Shown here piece after piece: positions 8,504-17,852 of a stretch of DNA of 64,000 bases; positions within the stretch are counted from its first letter, which is position 1, and each line of letters starts with the position of its first letter. The stretch comes from an uncultured bacterium. GTDB taxonomy: Bacteria > Omnitrophota > Gorgyraeia > Ghiorseimicrobiales > Ghiorseimicrobiaceae. Under the pieces are notes generated by a model. That model saw nothing but the letters and a program-made list of their open reading frames with translations. It was not told where the DNA came from and searched no databases. The DNA is taken from contig CAJVXN010000004.1 in the NCBI GenBank assembly GCA_913009335.1, positions 2,349 to 66,348 of the forward strand. Reading direction: 5' to 3'. A program made the position numbers and the translations under genes.

Positions 8504-10234
8504 TTAATCACTCGCCGTACTTCCGAGGGCTACACTCATTACCTCTTCTAATGATGTAATCCCTTCAGCTACCTTCTTTATGCCACTCTGATACAATGTC
8601 CCCATATCGTATTTCACAGCTATTTCACTGATCTTACGAACTGAGGCCTTTCTCATAAATGCCTCAAAGAGCTCATCATTCATTGTTAATATCTCAGCGA
8701 TACTCGTACGGCCCTTATACCCAATATTATTACATTTTTCACATCCTTTAGCTCTATAGATTAAATCCGCATCTATCTTAATATCGCCTAATTTTTCAAC
8801 TGTCGGCTCATAGGCCTCTTTACAGTGAGGGCAAAGAACGCGCACTAAACGCTGCGCTATAATCATAATCAAAGACGGGAGCAATAAATATGGCTCAATC
8901 CCGATATCAATAAGTCGTGTCACTGCGGTAGGAGCATCATTTGTATGAAGCGTACTCAAAACCAAATGTCCCGTCAAAGCTGATCTAACGCATATCTGAG
9001 CGGTTTCTAAATCTCTGACCTCTCCAACAAGCATAACATCAGGGTCCTGCCGTAAAAAAGTTTTTAATGCCTCAGCGAATGTTAGCCCTATCTCAGGTTT
9101 GATCTGAACCTGATTTATCCCTTCTATCCTATACTCAACAGGATCCTCTACAGTCATAATATTTTTTGCTGAAGACTTCATCTCATTAAGAGACGAATAT
9201 AACGTTGTAGTTTTACCAGACCCTGTAGGGCCAGTTAAAAAAATCAACCCATACGGACTTTTTATCCCCTTTCTAATCTGCTTTAGTTGCTTATCATCAA
9301 AACCTATAGTAGCCAAATCTAAAGAAATGCTCTCTTTATCTAATATTCTCATAACCAGCTTTTCGCCATATATAGTAGGCATAGTCGAGACACGAATATC
9401 AATAGTGCTATCTTTGATTTTTACAAAAAAAGCCCCTCCCTGAGGTAATCGTTTCTCAGCAATATTCAAATTCGATAAAATCTTAATACGTGAAAGGATT
9501 GGAAGATGCAGATGTTTTGCCGGAGGGGGTATCTCAAAAAGTTTTCCATCAATACGGTAGCGCAAAATTATTCTATCCTTAAACGGTTCAATATGTATAT
9601 CTGATGCCCTCTCTTCGATAGCTTGCCCGATAATTAAATCTACTAGTTTCACTACAGGTGCTTCCTCGGCTTTTTCAATAAGCTTATCCAGACTTAAACC
9701 CTCTTCTGCTTCTTCCATTTCCCTGGACGAGGCTGAAAAACTCTTCTCGATTTGATATGACTCCCTAACTGCGGCTTTAAGCAGATCTGCCTTACTATAA
9801 AATTGCTCAATTGCTTCATTAATATCAGCTTTAGTAGCAATAACCGGATTAATTTCGCAACCCGTCATCTTTCGTAAATTATCTAACAGAATTAAATCAA
9901 ACGGATCGGATATGGCACAAGTAAGAGAATTCAAATTACGCGCTAGAGGAAGAACGCAATACTTAAAAGCATACTCCTTAACAATCAACTCTTCTAAGCT
10001 CTGATCGATAGCTGGTTTCAAATGGCCAGTCCCTAAGCTCACATAAGGAATAGATAATTGTTTACCTAAAGCGGCAATCATACTTTGCTCGCTAATAAAA
10101 CCCTGTTCAATTAAAATTTCACCCAGCCTGCCTCCTTTTTCTGATTGCATAGCCAGGGCACTATTTAATTGATCTTCAGTAATCAAACCATCTCTTATTA
10201 AAATTTCACCTAGCCTTAGATAATTACGCGCCAT
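8504..10234 (-). CDS. pilB: Type IV pilus assembly ATPase PilB (GspE family)
   Basis: Tandem T2SSE_N domains (LGEILI...LITE and LGEILIEQGFISEQ), Walker A GPTGSGKTTT, and the tetracysteine CPHC...CEKC zinc motif. Confidence 0.9.
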   Translation of the reverse strand: MARNYLRLGEILIRDGLITEDQLNSALAMQSEKGGRLGEILIEQGFISEQSMIAALGKQLSIPYVSLGTGHLKPAIDQSLEELIVKEYAFKYCVLPLARNLNSLTCAISDPFDLILLDNLRKMTGCEINPVIATKADINEAIEQFYSKADLLKAAVRESYQIEKSFSASSREMEEAEEGLSLDKLIEKAEEAPVVKLVDLIIGQAIEERASDIHIEPFKDRIILRYRIDGKLFEIPPPAKHLHLPILSRIKILSNLNIAEKRLPQGGAFFVKIKDSTIDIRVSTMPTIYGEKLVMRILDKESISLDLATIGFDDKQLKQIRKGIKSPYGLIFLTGPTGSGKTTTLYSSLNEMKSSAKNIMTVEDPVEYRIEGINQVQIKPEIGLTFAEALKTFLRQDPDVMLVGEVRDLETAQICVRSALTGHLVLSTLHTNDAPTAVTRLIDIGIEPYLLLPSLIMIIAQRLVRVLCPHCKEAYEPTVEKLGDIKIDADLIYRAKGCEKCNNIGYKGRTSIAEILTMNDELFEAFMRKASVRKISEIAVKYDMGTLYQSGIKKVAEGITSLEEVMSVALGSTASD

Positions 10235-10260
10235 AATATTTCTCCAAAATTAAAATTTAA

Positions 10261-11820
10261 TTATCTTATATCGTATTCTTTAAGTAATCGTTCGACTTTG
10301 CGTTCACGTCCGGATAAAGCCTGTTCCCTGTCTAAATCAAAACTTAACTGAGAAAAATCAGCAACTCTTGCCATATCTCTACTACGGCCATCCATTATAT
10401 ACGGGGTAATAAATATAACAACTTCTCTTTCTTGCTCGGTTTTTGCTTTATGTCTAAACAATATCCCGAAAATGGGAATTTTTGAGAAAAAAGCAACATT
10501 TGTTCTCGTATCACTCTTGTCAGTTTTTATAAGGCCTCCGATTAATAAGGTGTCGCCGTCTTTCATCCTCACGGTTGACTTTGTTCCGCGTATTTCCGGA
10601 TCTCTAAAAGCGCTCGATAACGCTGACTGTGTTGCCTCGGCTATTATCGGTTCTATAAACATAGTTATCTCACGGTTTTCCATGTCAACCTGCGGCGTAA
10701 CGCGTAAAGATACCCCTGTCTCCGCACGCTCTGCTTCCTCAGTAACACTACCGGTACCGCCTTCATTAGCAGCAGTTGTAGTTTTTATTCCTATAGCTTC
10801 ATCTGTAATAATCTTAATTTCGGCTGTTTCATGGCTAAGAGTCAAGATACGCGGCCTGGCTAATGACTTTGTACTTGTCTTGGATCTTAAAAGATTTAAT
10901 GCTAATTCAGCATTAACAATCTCCAATACTGAAGGAAGAAAATCATGCGCGCTCCAGCCGGAAAAATCAACACCACCGGGACTTGTATATTCACTCCAAG
11001 ATGTACCAAAAGTTTTTGGCTTATGATTGGTGTCAAAAGGAAAAGAAGTAGCTCTTGCCCCTGAAACATCTAATTTCGCGACCGTTGTAGGCCACTGCAC
11101 ACCTAAATCATCTACGTCACTTTTCGCGACATCTAAAATCTCCACCTCAATCATTACCTGCGGCAAAGAAACATCTAGCTTTGCGACTACATCATCAATA
11201 ATCTCAAATTGCTCTGGAATATCCGTAACGATAAGACTATTTGTACGTACATCGATATCTATCTTTCCGAATTCAGTAAGGATATTAGCTATTATCGTAA
11301 CAATACTACTTTCGTTTTCTCCGCCACTTTTTTCTCCGCCACTGCCGCCTCCCGATAACCCCGTTAAGGACTGACTCATGCCTGAAGAAATCTCCCCTCC
11401 CAGGCGTGATCCAGGAACCCGGGCAAACTTAAGATAGAAAACTTTAGTCAAAAGCCTTATCTCCGGCACAATAGATCGCTTTACCACAAATATGTTACTT
11501 GCAGAGTCTAAATCATAACTCAAGCCATTAGCAGAAAGTAATTTCTCTAATGCCTGTTTAACGCTAACATCATCCAAGTATAGCGTTAAATTTACATCTT
11601 CTACATTCTCGGCCGCGACAAAATTTAAACCAGACTGCTGTGAAAATATTTTAAGCACATCCTTAAGGCTAGCATCTTTAAAATCCATGGAAATGCGTTT
11701 CCATAAATTAGAATCTAATATATCACCTAAGCCAAATCCAGCAGGAGCAAAGCAAAGTAATAAAAATATGCTCACAATAAAAAAAACTATTCTTTTCTTA
11801 CTTCTTTTAATTATTTTCAT
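10261..11820 (-). CDS. pilQ: Secretin PilQ
   Basis: Signal peptide. Secretin domain with PQVMIEVEILDV and the C-terminal KIPIFGILFRHK...VIFITPYIM. A Gly/Ser-rich linker is present. Confidence 0.85.
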   Translation of the reverse strand: MKIIKRSKKRIVFFIVSIFLLLCFAPAGFGLGDILDSNLWKRISMDFKDASLKDVLKIFSQQSGLNFVAAENVEDVNLTLYLDDVSVKQALEKLLSANGLSYDLDSASNIFVVKRSIVPEIRLLTKVFYLKFARVPGSRLGGEISSGMSQSLTGLSGGGSGGEKSGGENESSIVTIIANILTEFGKIDIDVRTNSLIVTDIPEQFEIIDDVVAKLDVSLPQVMIEVEILDVAKSDVDDLGVQWPTTVAKLDVSGARATSFPFDTNHKPKTFGTSWSEYTSPGGVDFSGWSAHDFLPSVLEIVNAELALNLLRSKTSTKSLARPRILTLSHETAEIKIITDEAIGIKTTTAANEGGTGSVTEEAERAETGVSLRVTPQVDMENREITMFIEPIIAEATQSALSSAFRDPEIRGTKSTVRMKDGDTLLIGGLIKTDKSDTRTNVAFFSKIPIFGILFRHKAKTEQEREVVIFITPYIMDGRSRDMARVADFSQLSFDLDREQALSGRERKVERLLKEYDIR

Positions 11821-11855
11821 TACTACCCCTCCATAATCAGTTTATTTATATTTTC

Positions 11856-12263
11856 CTATTCAAACTCATCATCTGCTGATTCATTATCATATTCATCCTT
11901 AACTGAAATATAAAAAATATTTTCAGCGTAAGACAGTTTTATTCTATCTGGGTTAATCTCTACTATTTTAACACCCTTAAATGTATCACCAACCTTAACC
12001 ACGAAACCATCAATTATTGCCTGATTGATATCCCCCCCCCAAACTATACCTTGTACCTTAAAATCCGGCAATTCCCCTTCCTCTGCTTGTATCAAATCCT
12101 TAACTTCGATAAGCTCTTTTCGCTTAGGAAGATGCGATTTAAATGGGTCAGCATATTCAAATCCGGAATAAATAACTGCAGGCCCTAAGACTTCCTCATC
12201 AGCAAAAATATAATCTGAGCATAAAATAAAGCTAATTGTAATAAGAAATATTTTTATTCGCAT
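11856..12263 (-). CDS. PilP-like pilus assembly lipoprotein (assigned by position and lipobox)
   Basis: Signal peptide with lipobox ILCSD. It sits between the pilO-like and pilQ genes. It contains a G9 homopolymer (plus-strand C9 at 12032-12040). Confidence 0.45.
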   Translation of the reverse strand: MRIKIFLITISFILCSDYIFADEEVLGPAVIYSGFEYADPFKSHLPKRKELIEVKDLIQAEEGELPDFKVQGIVWGGDINQAIIDGFVVKVGDTFKGVKIVEINPDRIKLSYAENIFYISVKDEYDNESADDEFE

Positions 12264-12290
12264 TTAAATACTATAAAATTATAAAATCAG

Positions 12291-12866
12291 TTATTCTTTA
12301 ATAAAGGCTACGCTAATAACTATATCTGCGGTAAGAATATCATCTCTACCTTCTACCGTTTTCCTTCTTCTTTTTGTCCTTTTTTTCCTTGAAATAACCG
12401 CCTTGTATAAATTAATCTCGATAACATGTAAGATAGCTGGAGATGACTCAAGACGACTTAAAAAATCTCCAATCCGATGATACAAACCTTCAACTTTCAC
12501 ATCAAACGACAAAATACTAAATATGTCAGAATCTATTTTTTTCTGTGGGGCCAGAGAAGATATTTTTATTCCTGAACCACGCGCAAATCCAGATATCTCC
12601 TCCACAATAAACGCGGGATCCTTTTCACTGAATTCTACCAAATATTCTGTAAATTCCTTTTCTTGAAGCTTAATATCATCAACAATTTCATTCAATTCCT
12701 TTTCTTCTTTTATTTTTTTTTCGAGCTTTTGAACTTCTTGTTTCTGATTTTTGTATACACCAACAGCAAATAATAAAGATAAAACCACCGTTAGAATAAA
12801 CAATATTATCTTTTGCTTGCTAAGCAAGAAAGAAATATCAAAATTTCTATTGAATTCAAAAGCCAT
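12291..12866 (-). CDS. PilO-like bitopic pilus assembly protein
   Basis: A single N-terminal TM followed by a coiled-coil and KE-rich region. It lies between pilMN and the pilP-like gene. Confidence 0.5.
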   Translation of the reverse strand: MAFEFNRNFDISFLLSKQKIILFILTVVLSLLFAVGVYKNQKQEVQKLEKKIKEEKELNEIVDDIKLQEKEFTEYLVEFSEKDPAFIVEEISGFARGSGIKISSLAPQKKIDSDIFSILSFDVKVEGLYHRIGDFLSRLESSPAILHVIEINLYKAVISRKKRTKRRRKTVEGRDDILTADIVISVAFIKE

Positions 12867-12902
12867 ATTTTTCTATTAACCCCTTAATCTAATCTTAGCA
12901 CC

Positions 12903-14447
12903 TTATTCACAAAGAATTTCAAATTTCGTTATATCGTGCCCATCTACTACCTCGTAAGATAGTGAAGCCAGTGAAATATTCTTAAAATCTGCAAAGCTTT
13001 CTTCTTTTTTTAAATCCGCTAAAAATTGATTTACAACATTGAACTCTTCCTCTTCATCATTAAGAGAAACAAAACCTGAAAGAATGAATCTTAAATCTTC
13101 ACCAACCTTTTTAAAATTAAGACTATTCATCCAAGCTCCTTTACGTCTTAATGCAGCTATACTCGAAAACTTAGGCGTAATATAAACTCTATGTTCTTTC
13201 ATATTTTCTACAATAGTAATTTTCTCTTTATACTGTTTTTTGAGTTTTCTTAACGAAGAACGATTTATAGTTCTAAGGCTTTCTAACACGGCTACGTTTT
13301 CTCTTTTATTTTTTAGTCTAATATGTATATTCTTAGCCATATTAACTTCACGTAAACCTAAAAGAAAACCCATAAACACAATACCACAAAAAATCAAAAT
13401 ATTCTTAACGAGCAATTCTCTATCTATACCGCGAGCAATTTTCTTGATTATAGACTCTAACTCGAATCCACCCTCAGTAGGAGCAGGAGCCACCCCTTTA
13501 AGCAAATCAATCCTTAAGGGAAAATCTACCGCATCCTTTAATGAAGCACCGTAAGCTTTTATTAAGCCAGAGCCAAAATCCTCCCCTGGGATATCAATTC
13601 TATCCTGGATATTTACCGGCACAATTAAAAGCTCTAATTCTTTATTCAATGTCTCTGCGTGCCCTGCTACATCAATAGCGCTTAATAAAACAATTCTATC
13701 TATATCTAATGTCTCTGACTTAAATTGCCTGCGACAATAGTCCAATGATATCCTTACTTCATTTATAAGTTTAGTAATAATGGTCTCGTGGGAAGGGGTT
13801 TCATCCGGCATAATTAAATTAAAATCACGGCTAAAACGTGGATACAAATTTTCGATTACTGTTATATCGCCCAACCCTGCCTCGAAATCGACATCAACAA
13901 CAACTACTAGCTCTTTTGCAGAAATCGCCTTAATAAACTTAAGCACTCTTAACGTGCTTAAAAACGACGGCTCAATAGCTAAAATATTTAAATCTGCCTG
14001 CTCCAGTATTGAAATATGTCTATTAATAATTTCTTTTTTAACGGCAATAAATAAAACTGTAATTTTTCTTGTCTTTCTATCATGCTTAGTCTGAAAATCA
14101 TAAATTAACTCTTCAAGTCTAAAAGGAATATATCTCTTAACTTCAAAACTAACTGTGGATGCTATCTCACCACGGGGAACAAATGGTATTTCAAAAAATC
14201 TTACTATTAAATCATTGCTAGGAAGAGTCAATACTACATCACGGGATATAATATTACTATCTAATAATCGCTCTTTAATCAGGCTAACGATCTTAACCTC
14301 ATCCACTACAGTCTGACTCAAGCCTGACTTTTTCTCCTGCAGCATACAAGGTAATTTAGAAAAATTCAAAACCTTTAAAGATTGCTGCTCAAGAATATTT
14401 ATAAAATTAGAACTAAAATGAATACCTAATTGTTGTTTTTTAAGCAT
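12903..14447 (-). CDS. PilM-PilN fusion: an actin-like ATPase-fold PilM domain followed by a TM helix and a PilN-like periplasmic domain
   Basis: 514 aa. The first ~330 aa have a PilM-like actin fold. Then comes the TM segment ILIFCGIVFMGFLLGL and a coiled-coil C-terminal region. Separate pilM and pilN genes normally occupy this position. Confidence 0.7.
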   Translation of the reverse strand: MLKKQQLGIHFSSNFINILEQQSLKVLNFSKLPCMLQEKKSGLSQTVVDEVKIVSLIKERLLDSNIISRDVVLTLPSNDLIVRFFEIPFVPRGEIASTVSFEVKRYIPFRLEELIYDFQTKHDRKTRKITVLFIAVKKEIINRHISILEQADLNILAIEPSFLSTLRVLKFIKAISAKELVVVVDVDFEAGLGDITVIENLYPRFSRDFNLIMPDETPSHETIITKLINEVRISLDYCRRQFKSETLDIDRIVLLSAIDVAGHAETLNKELELLIVPVNIQDRIDIPGEDFGSGLIKAYGASLKDAVDFPLRIDLLKGVAPAPTEGGFELESIIKKIARGIDRELLVKNILIFCGIVFMGFLLGLREVNMAKNIHIRLKNKRENVAVLESLRTINRSSLRKLKKQYKEKITIVENMKEHRVYITPKFSSIAALRRKGAWMNSLNFKKVGEDLRFILSGFVSLNDEEEEFNVVNQFLADLKKEESFADFKNISLASLSYEVVDGHDITKFEILCE

Positions 14448-14451
14448 AAGA

Positions 14452-14643
14452 TTAGCTTGTTTCCTCTTTTGTAGACAAACGCCGCTGATTTTTTAACCAT
14501 AAATCTATTTCTTTGCGATCAAAGCGCCAGACTCCTCCCACCTTCATGCCAGAAATCTTTCTCTGATTCAACCAATTATATATGGTTTGCTTCTTCAGCC
14601 TTAAATAATGCGCTAATTCCTCTATATTCATGAGCCTGCTCAT
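14452..14643 (-). CDS. Excisionase-family helix-turn-helix DNA-binding protein, the first gene of the pil operon
   Basis: 63 aa. IEELAHYLRLKKQTIYNWLNQRKISGMKVGGVWRF matches the MerR/Xis-type HTH (excisionase DNA-binding domain). Confidence 0.6.
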   Translation of the reverse strand: MSRLMNIEELAHYLRLKKQTIYNWLNQRKISGMKVGGVWRFDRKEIDLWLKNQRRLSTKEETS

Positions 14644-14740
14644 AATAAAAAGCTCTCCTCGTCTTAAATAATTTAGCGGTCTTTTTATGTACAGATGGTA
14701 AACTAAAACTATATAAACATACCTATACTTAATTATATTT

Positions 14741-14770
14741 AATTAAATCATAATAAGATTACTTTGTCAA
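14741..14770 (-). promoter_or_regulatory. Candidate sigma70 promoter for the HTH-pilMNOPQ operon
   Basis: The minus strand reads TTGACA-17 nt-TTTAAT about 95 nt upstream of the HTH gene start, in a 223 bp AT-rich gap. Confidence 0.25.
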
Positions 14771-14866
14771 GTATTTTCTTACTTAAACTTACTTATTCTA
14801 TAATATTTTATTGTTTAATAACTAATAGTTTGTGGTGGATATTTGGAGGGAAAATAAGAAATAGGA

Positions 14867-15292
14867 CTAAGGACCGTAGTCGATCGTTGATGTGAGTTGA
14901 TTAGTATTGGTATCGTATGTGACGCGTATCGTCTTGGTATCAGGTAGCACATTACCAGCGTCATCAACTCTCCACTCAAATCCACCAGGGCCCCAATCCC
15001 ATTGCCAAACACCGGCACCGAGATCTACCCAGTTGCTGCCCACTGGTGGAGTTGATACTGTTACGTCTGCATATCTTAAGGATAGATATGCCTTTACCAT
15101 AGCCGATTCAACTGCATAGAAGCCTTTTATTCTTCTTACCTGATGTTCTGCGAGCCTGGCCTGCTTGGTAGTTATAGATAATACTGCGCCGGCCATAATA
15201 GTGACCAGAAGCATAAATATCAACGCCGTAACCAAAGCAATGCCTCTTTTGGAGGATTGCCAATGAATAATTCTATTAAATTGATAATTCAT
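14867..15292 (-). CDS. PilX-like minor pilin (PilX N-terminal domain)
   Basis: SKRGIALVTALIFMLLVTIMAGAVLS is the PilX_N signature. Confidence 0.55.
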   Translation of the reverse strand: MNYQFNRIIHWQSSKRGIALVTALIFMLLVTIMAGAVLSITTKQARLAEHQVRRIKGFYAVESAMVKAYLSLRYADVTVSTPPVGSNWVDLGAGVWQWDWGPGGFEWRVDDAGNVLPDTKTIRVTYDTNTNQLTSTIDYGP

Positions 15293-15519
15293 ATTTTATT
15301 CACCTGTTCATAATCTGCCTGCTTTCTCAAGGAAACCGTATAATCTAAAGCTCCCTCATCCAGAAGGATATGCCCCTCTCTGGCAAGCCACCCAATACTC
15401 ATCAATATATTATCTCGAGGCCTATCAATCTTCGATACTATCTCTGATAAAGCTACTTCCCCGCGTTCATCAAGAAAATGCCATATTTCACCTGCAACAA
15501 TACCTATTTTAGTAATCAT
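15289..15519 (-). CDS. Small winged-helix protein (DUF2582-like)
   Basis: 76 aa. The pattern IGIVAGEIWHFLDERGEVALSEIVSKI...SIGWLAREGHI resembles winged-HTH DUF2582. Overlaps the PilX gene by 4 nt. Confidence 0.4.
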   Translation of the reverse strand: MITKIGIVAGEIWHFLDERGEVALSEIVSKIDRPRDNILMSIGWLAREGHILLDEGALDYTVSLRKQADYEQVNKI

Positions 15520-15572
15520 TATATCTCTCCCGCGTTAACAGCTAATACGAAAAGTATGATAAACAAAATAAA

Positions 15573-15821
15573 CTAAGATAAAATATCGCCATCTTTTTGA
15601 TTAATGCTGCCGCATCTGGGACAATTAGAGAATACTTCCTCTTTTAAATCAACATATGCATGCATACATATAGCACACTGCCACAAATGACGCTCATCAA
15701 TAGACATCTTTTTTTTACTAGTATTTCTGCCTTCTACTAAAACAAAATATAATAAAGATACAATAATTAAAAACGATAGATACAATCCAATCGCTTCATA
15801 AAAATCTACCCTAATCATCAC
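15573..15821 (-). CDS. Small membrane protein with a C-terminal zinc-ribbon (CxxC...CxxC)
   Basis: One TM followed by CAICMH...CPRCG. Confidence 0.35.
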   Translation of the reverse strand: MMIRVDFYEAIGLYLSFLIIVSLLYFVLVEGRNTSKKKMSIDERHLWQCAICMHAYVDLKEEVFSNCPRCGSINQKDGDILS

Positions 15822-16509
15822 TAAAGCTTGCCCTTACTTTCTTAAAAAGTAAACCCTCTTGCCTATTACTCAGGTAAAGCTTGCGCCTCATAACCCTAAG
15901 AATAAAAAGATCTATTTCTAGGTCACCGCTGGAACGAACCCTCTTTATTAACAAAATATTCATTCTAGGCACAACTTTTAACTCAGCTTCCATAGCAGCA
16001 AACTTAGATAACTCTTTATAAAAAAAAGGGTCTTTTAATTTCTCAAAAGTAATTAATGTATTTTGTTCTTTCTCTATATCCCCCTTTTCTATAATCGGGA
16101 AAAAAGGAATATTCTTAGCATTTATGCCGGAATAGCCGAATAATGGCTTCTTTCTATCTGCAAATTCTATCCTTTCAAAAAAATATCTATTTTTCTGCGG
16201 TAAATATATTTGTTTTTCAAGGCTTACCAACCTAACCCTATTATATAGTATACCATGATTTTTTGCCTGTCCAGCAGAAAACACTATTTCCTTAAGATCA
16301 AACGCAGCAGATTTACCAAGCTCTCCCTCTATTAAAGAAGGAAAATCGCTCTTATCCAATAACTCACCCAAGAAACTTATATTCGGCTCCCTAAATCTAT
16401 TAGAGATGCTCGGAAAATCAAATTTTATAACAACAAAATATAGCAGGTGACAGATTAATGAAATAGCTACAGCCAATAATAATTCTTTTGCTATTCTTAT
16501 GCGAAGCAT
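15811..16509 (-). CDS. Hypothetical N-terminally membrane-anchored protein, in the position a TonB/TolA partner would occupy downstream of exbBD
   Basis: N-terminal TM LLLAVAISLICHLLYFVVIKF. No TonB C-terminal signature was seen. Confidence 0.35.
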   Translation of the reverse strand: MLRIRIAKELLLAVAISLICHLLYFVVIKFDFPSISNRFREPNISFLGELLDKSDFPSLIEGELGKSAAFDLKEIVFSAGQAKNHGILYNRVRLVSLEKQIYLPQKNRYFFERIEFADRKKPLFGYSGINAKNIPFFPIIEKGDIEKEQNTLITFEKLKDPFFYKELSKFAAMEAELKVVPRMNILLIKRVRSSGDLEIDLFILRVMRRKLYLSNRQEGLLFKKVRASFSDD

Positions 16510-16521
16510 AAGAGACGCCCC

Positions 16522-16920
16522 TTATTCACTTTGATTGGTAGCGATATTTATATTTGTTATGCCCAAATCACGGCATAAATCCCAAATCTCAACCACCCTG
16601 CCCAGAGATGACCTGCGATCAGATTTAATAAGCATCGGCTTTCCCTTAAACTTTTTAAGATATACCCTTAATTCATCTAAGGTCACTATTTTAGCATTGA
16701 GATAAATGACGTTTTCAGCAGATATGGTTATCACCAGATTCTCTTCTGTTACAATATCTCCGGTAATCGCCCGGGGTAAATTTACTCTTATACCCGGCTG
16801 CACAATGAAACTTGATGTAAGCATAAAAAATATAAGCAGCTGAAATACAATATCAATCAAAGGCGCTATATCAATTTGCCTTAAACCCTGCTCCAGCTCC
16901 ATGTGTCTTTTAAATCTCAT
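16522..16920 (-). CDS. exbD: ExbD/TolR biopolymer transport protein
   Basis: 132 aa. IDIAPLIDIVFQLLIFFMLT TM segment with an ExbD/TolR fold. Confidence 0.8.
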   Translation of the reverse strand: MRFKRHMELEQGLRQIDIAPLIDIVFQLLIFFMLTSSFIVQPGIRVNLPRAITGDIVTEENLVITISAENVIYLNAKIVTLDELRVYLKKFKGKPMLIKSDRRSSLGRVVEIWDLCRDLGITNINIATNQSE

Positions 16921-17125
16921 CTATTCCTCATTTATAGTTCTAAAAAAAATAAGCTTTAATCCAGATTTTGCATTAAACGCGGATGAAGAGTACTAAGATT
17001 TTTGAGATACAATGATTACAAAAAAACGCAGGCATACTTAAAAAGTACGTCGAGGTTTTTTGCAAGCACTTGTAGCCAAAAAGATTAATATTATTCGTCA
17101 TGTTCTAATGCAAATTCTGGATTTA

Positions 17126-17776
17126 CTATTCGGTTAAGAAATTAACCAGCTCAGTAGCAGTTCGTTCCATATCCAGAACTACCGAATTAATTTTACTCAC
17201 CAGGATATTGTAAAATATAAATGTCGGGATGGCCACTAAAAGACCAAATACTGTAGTTAATAAAGCCTCCCAAATTCCTCCGGCTAAATCCGCGGGACTT
17301 ACAGCATTCATTGCCCCCGCTTTAACTTGAATTGTTTGAAACGCTCGAACCATACCCGTAACAGTACCAAGCAGGCCTATGAGAGGTGAAATATGAGCAA
17401 TTGTAGCCAGAAATGTCATACGCTTCTCTAAAAGCGGTATCTCATACAAAGACGCATCTTCTAAAGTTTCTTTTACCTTCTCGCGAGTACGGTCATGCTT
17501 TAACACTCCGGTTTTAAGCATTCTGCTGACAGGAGTAGACTCCCTATCACATAGGTCCAATGCCTCCTTTATACGATTATGCTTTATATTATCTACAATT
17601 TTATTTAAAAAAGCGGGTGCGTCTATCTTAGCGCGTGCCAGATAAAAAAAACGCTCTAAGGTAATCGCAAAAGATATTATCGAACATACCAAAACCGGCC
17701 ACATTAAAGGACCTCCGGCAGAAAATATCTGCCAAGGTGTCATTTTCCAAAAATCCATATTGCTCCTCCTGATCAA
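17126..17776 (-). CDS. exbB: ExbB/TolQ/MotA proton-channel protein
   Basis: 216 aa, three TM segments, MotA/TolQ/ExbB family pattern. Confidence 0.8.
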   Translation of the reverse strand: MIRRSNMDFWKMTPWQIFSAGGPLMWPVLVCSIISFAITLERFFYLARAKIDAPAFLNKIVDNIKHNRIKEALDLCDRESTPVSRMLKTGVLKHDRTREKVKETLEDASLYEIPLLEKRMTFLATIAHISPLIGLLGTVTGMVRAFQTIQVKAGAMNAVSPADLAGGIWEALLTTVFGLLVAIPTFIFYNILVSKINSVVLDMERTATELVNFLTE

Positions 17777-17852
17777 ATTTAAATTACAAATTCCTTACTC
17801 TTTATTCTTAACTATATACCAAATAATACAAAAACACAATATTAATCCAATT

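Noticed and set aside
15811-16509. Calling this ORF TonB
   Set aside because: It has only positional support (downstream of exbBD). It has no proline-rich spacer and no TonB C-terminal domain pattern.
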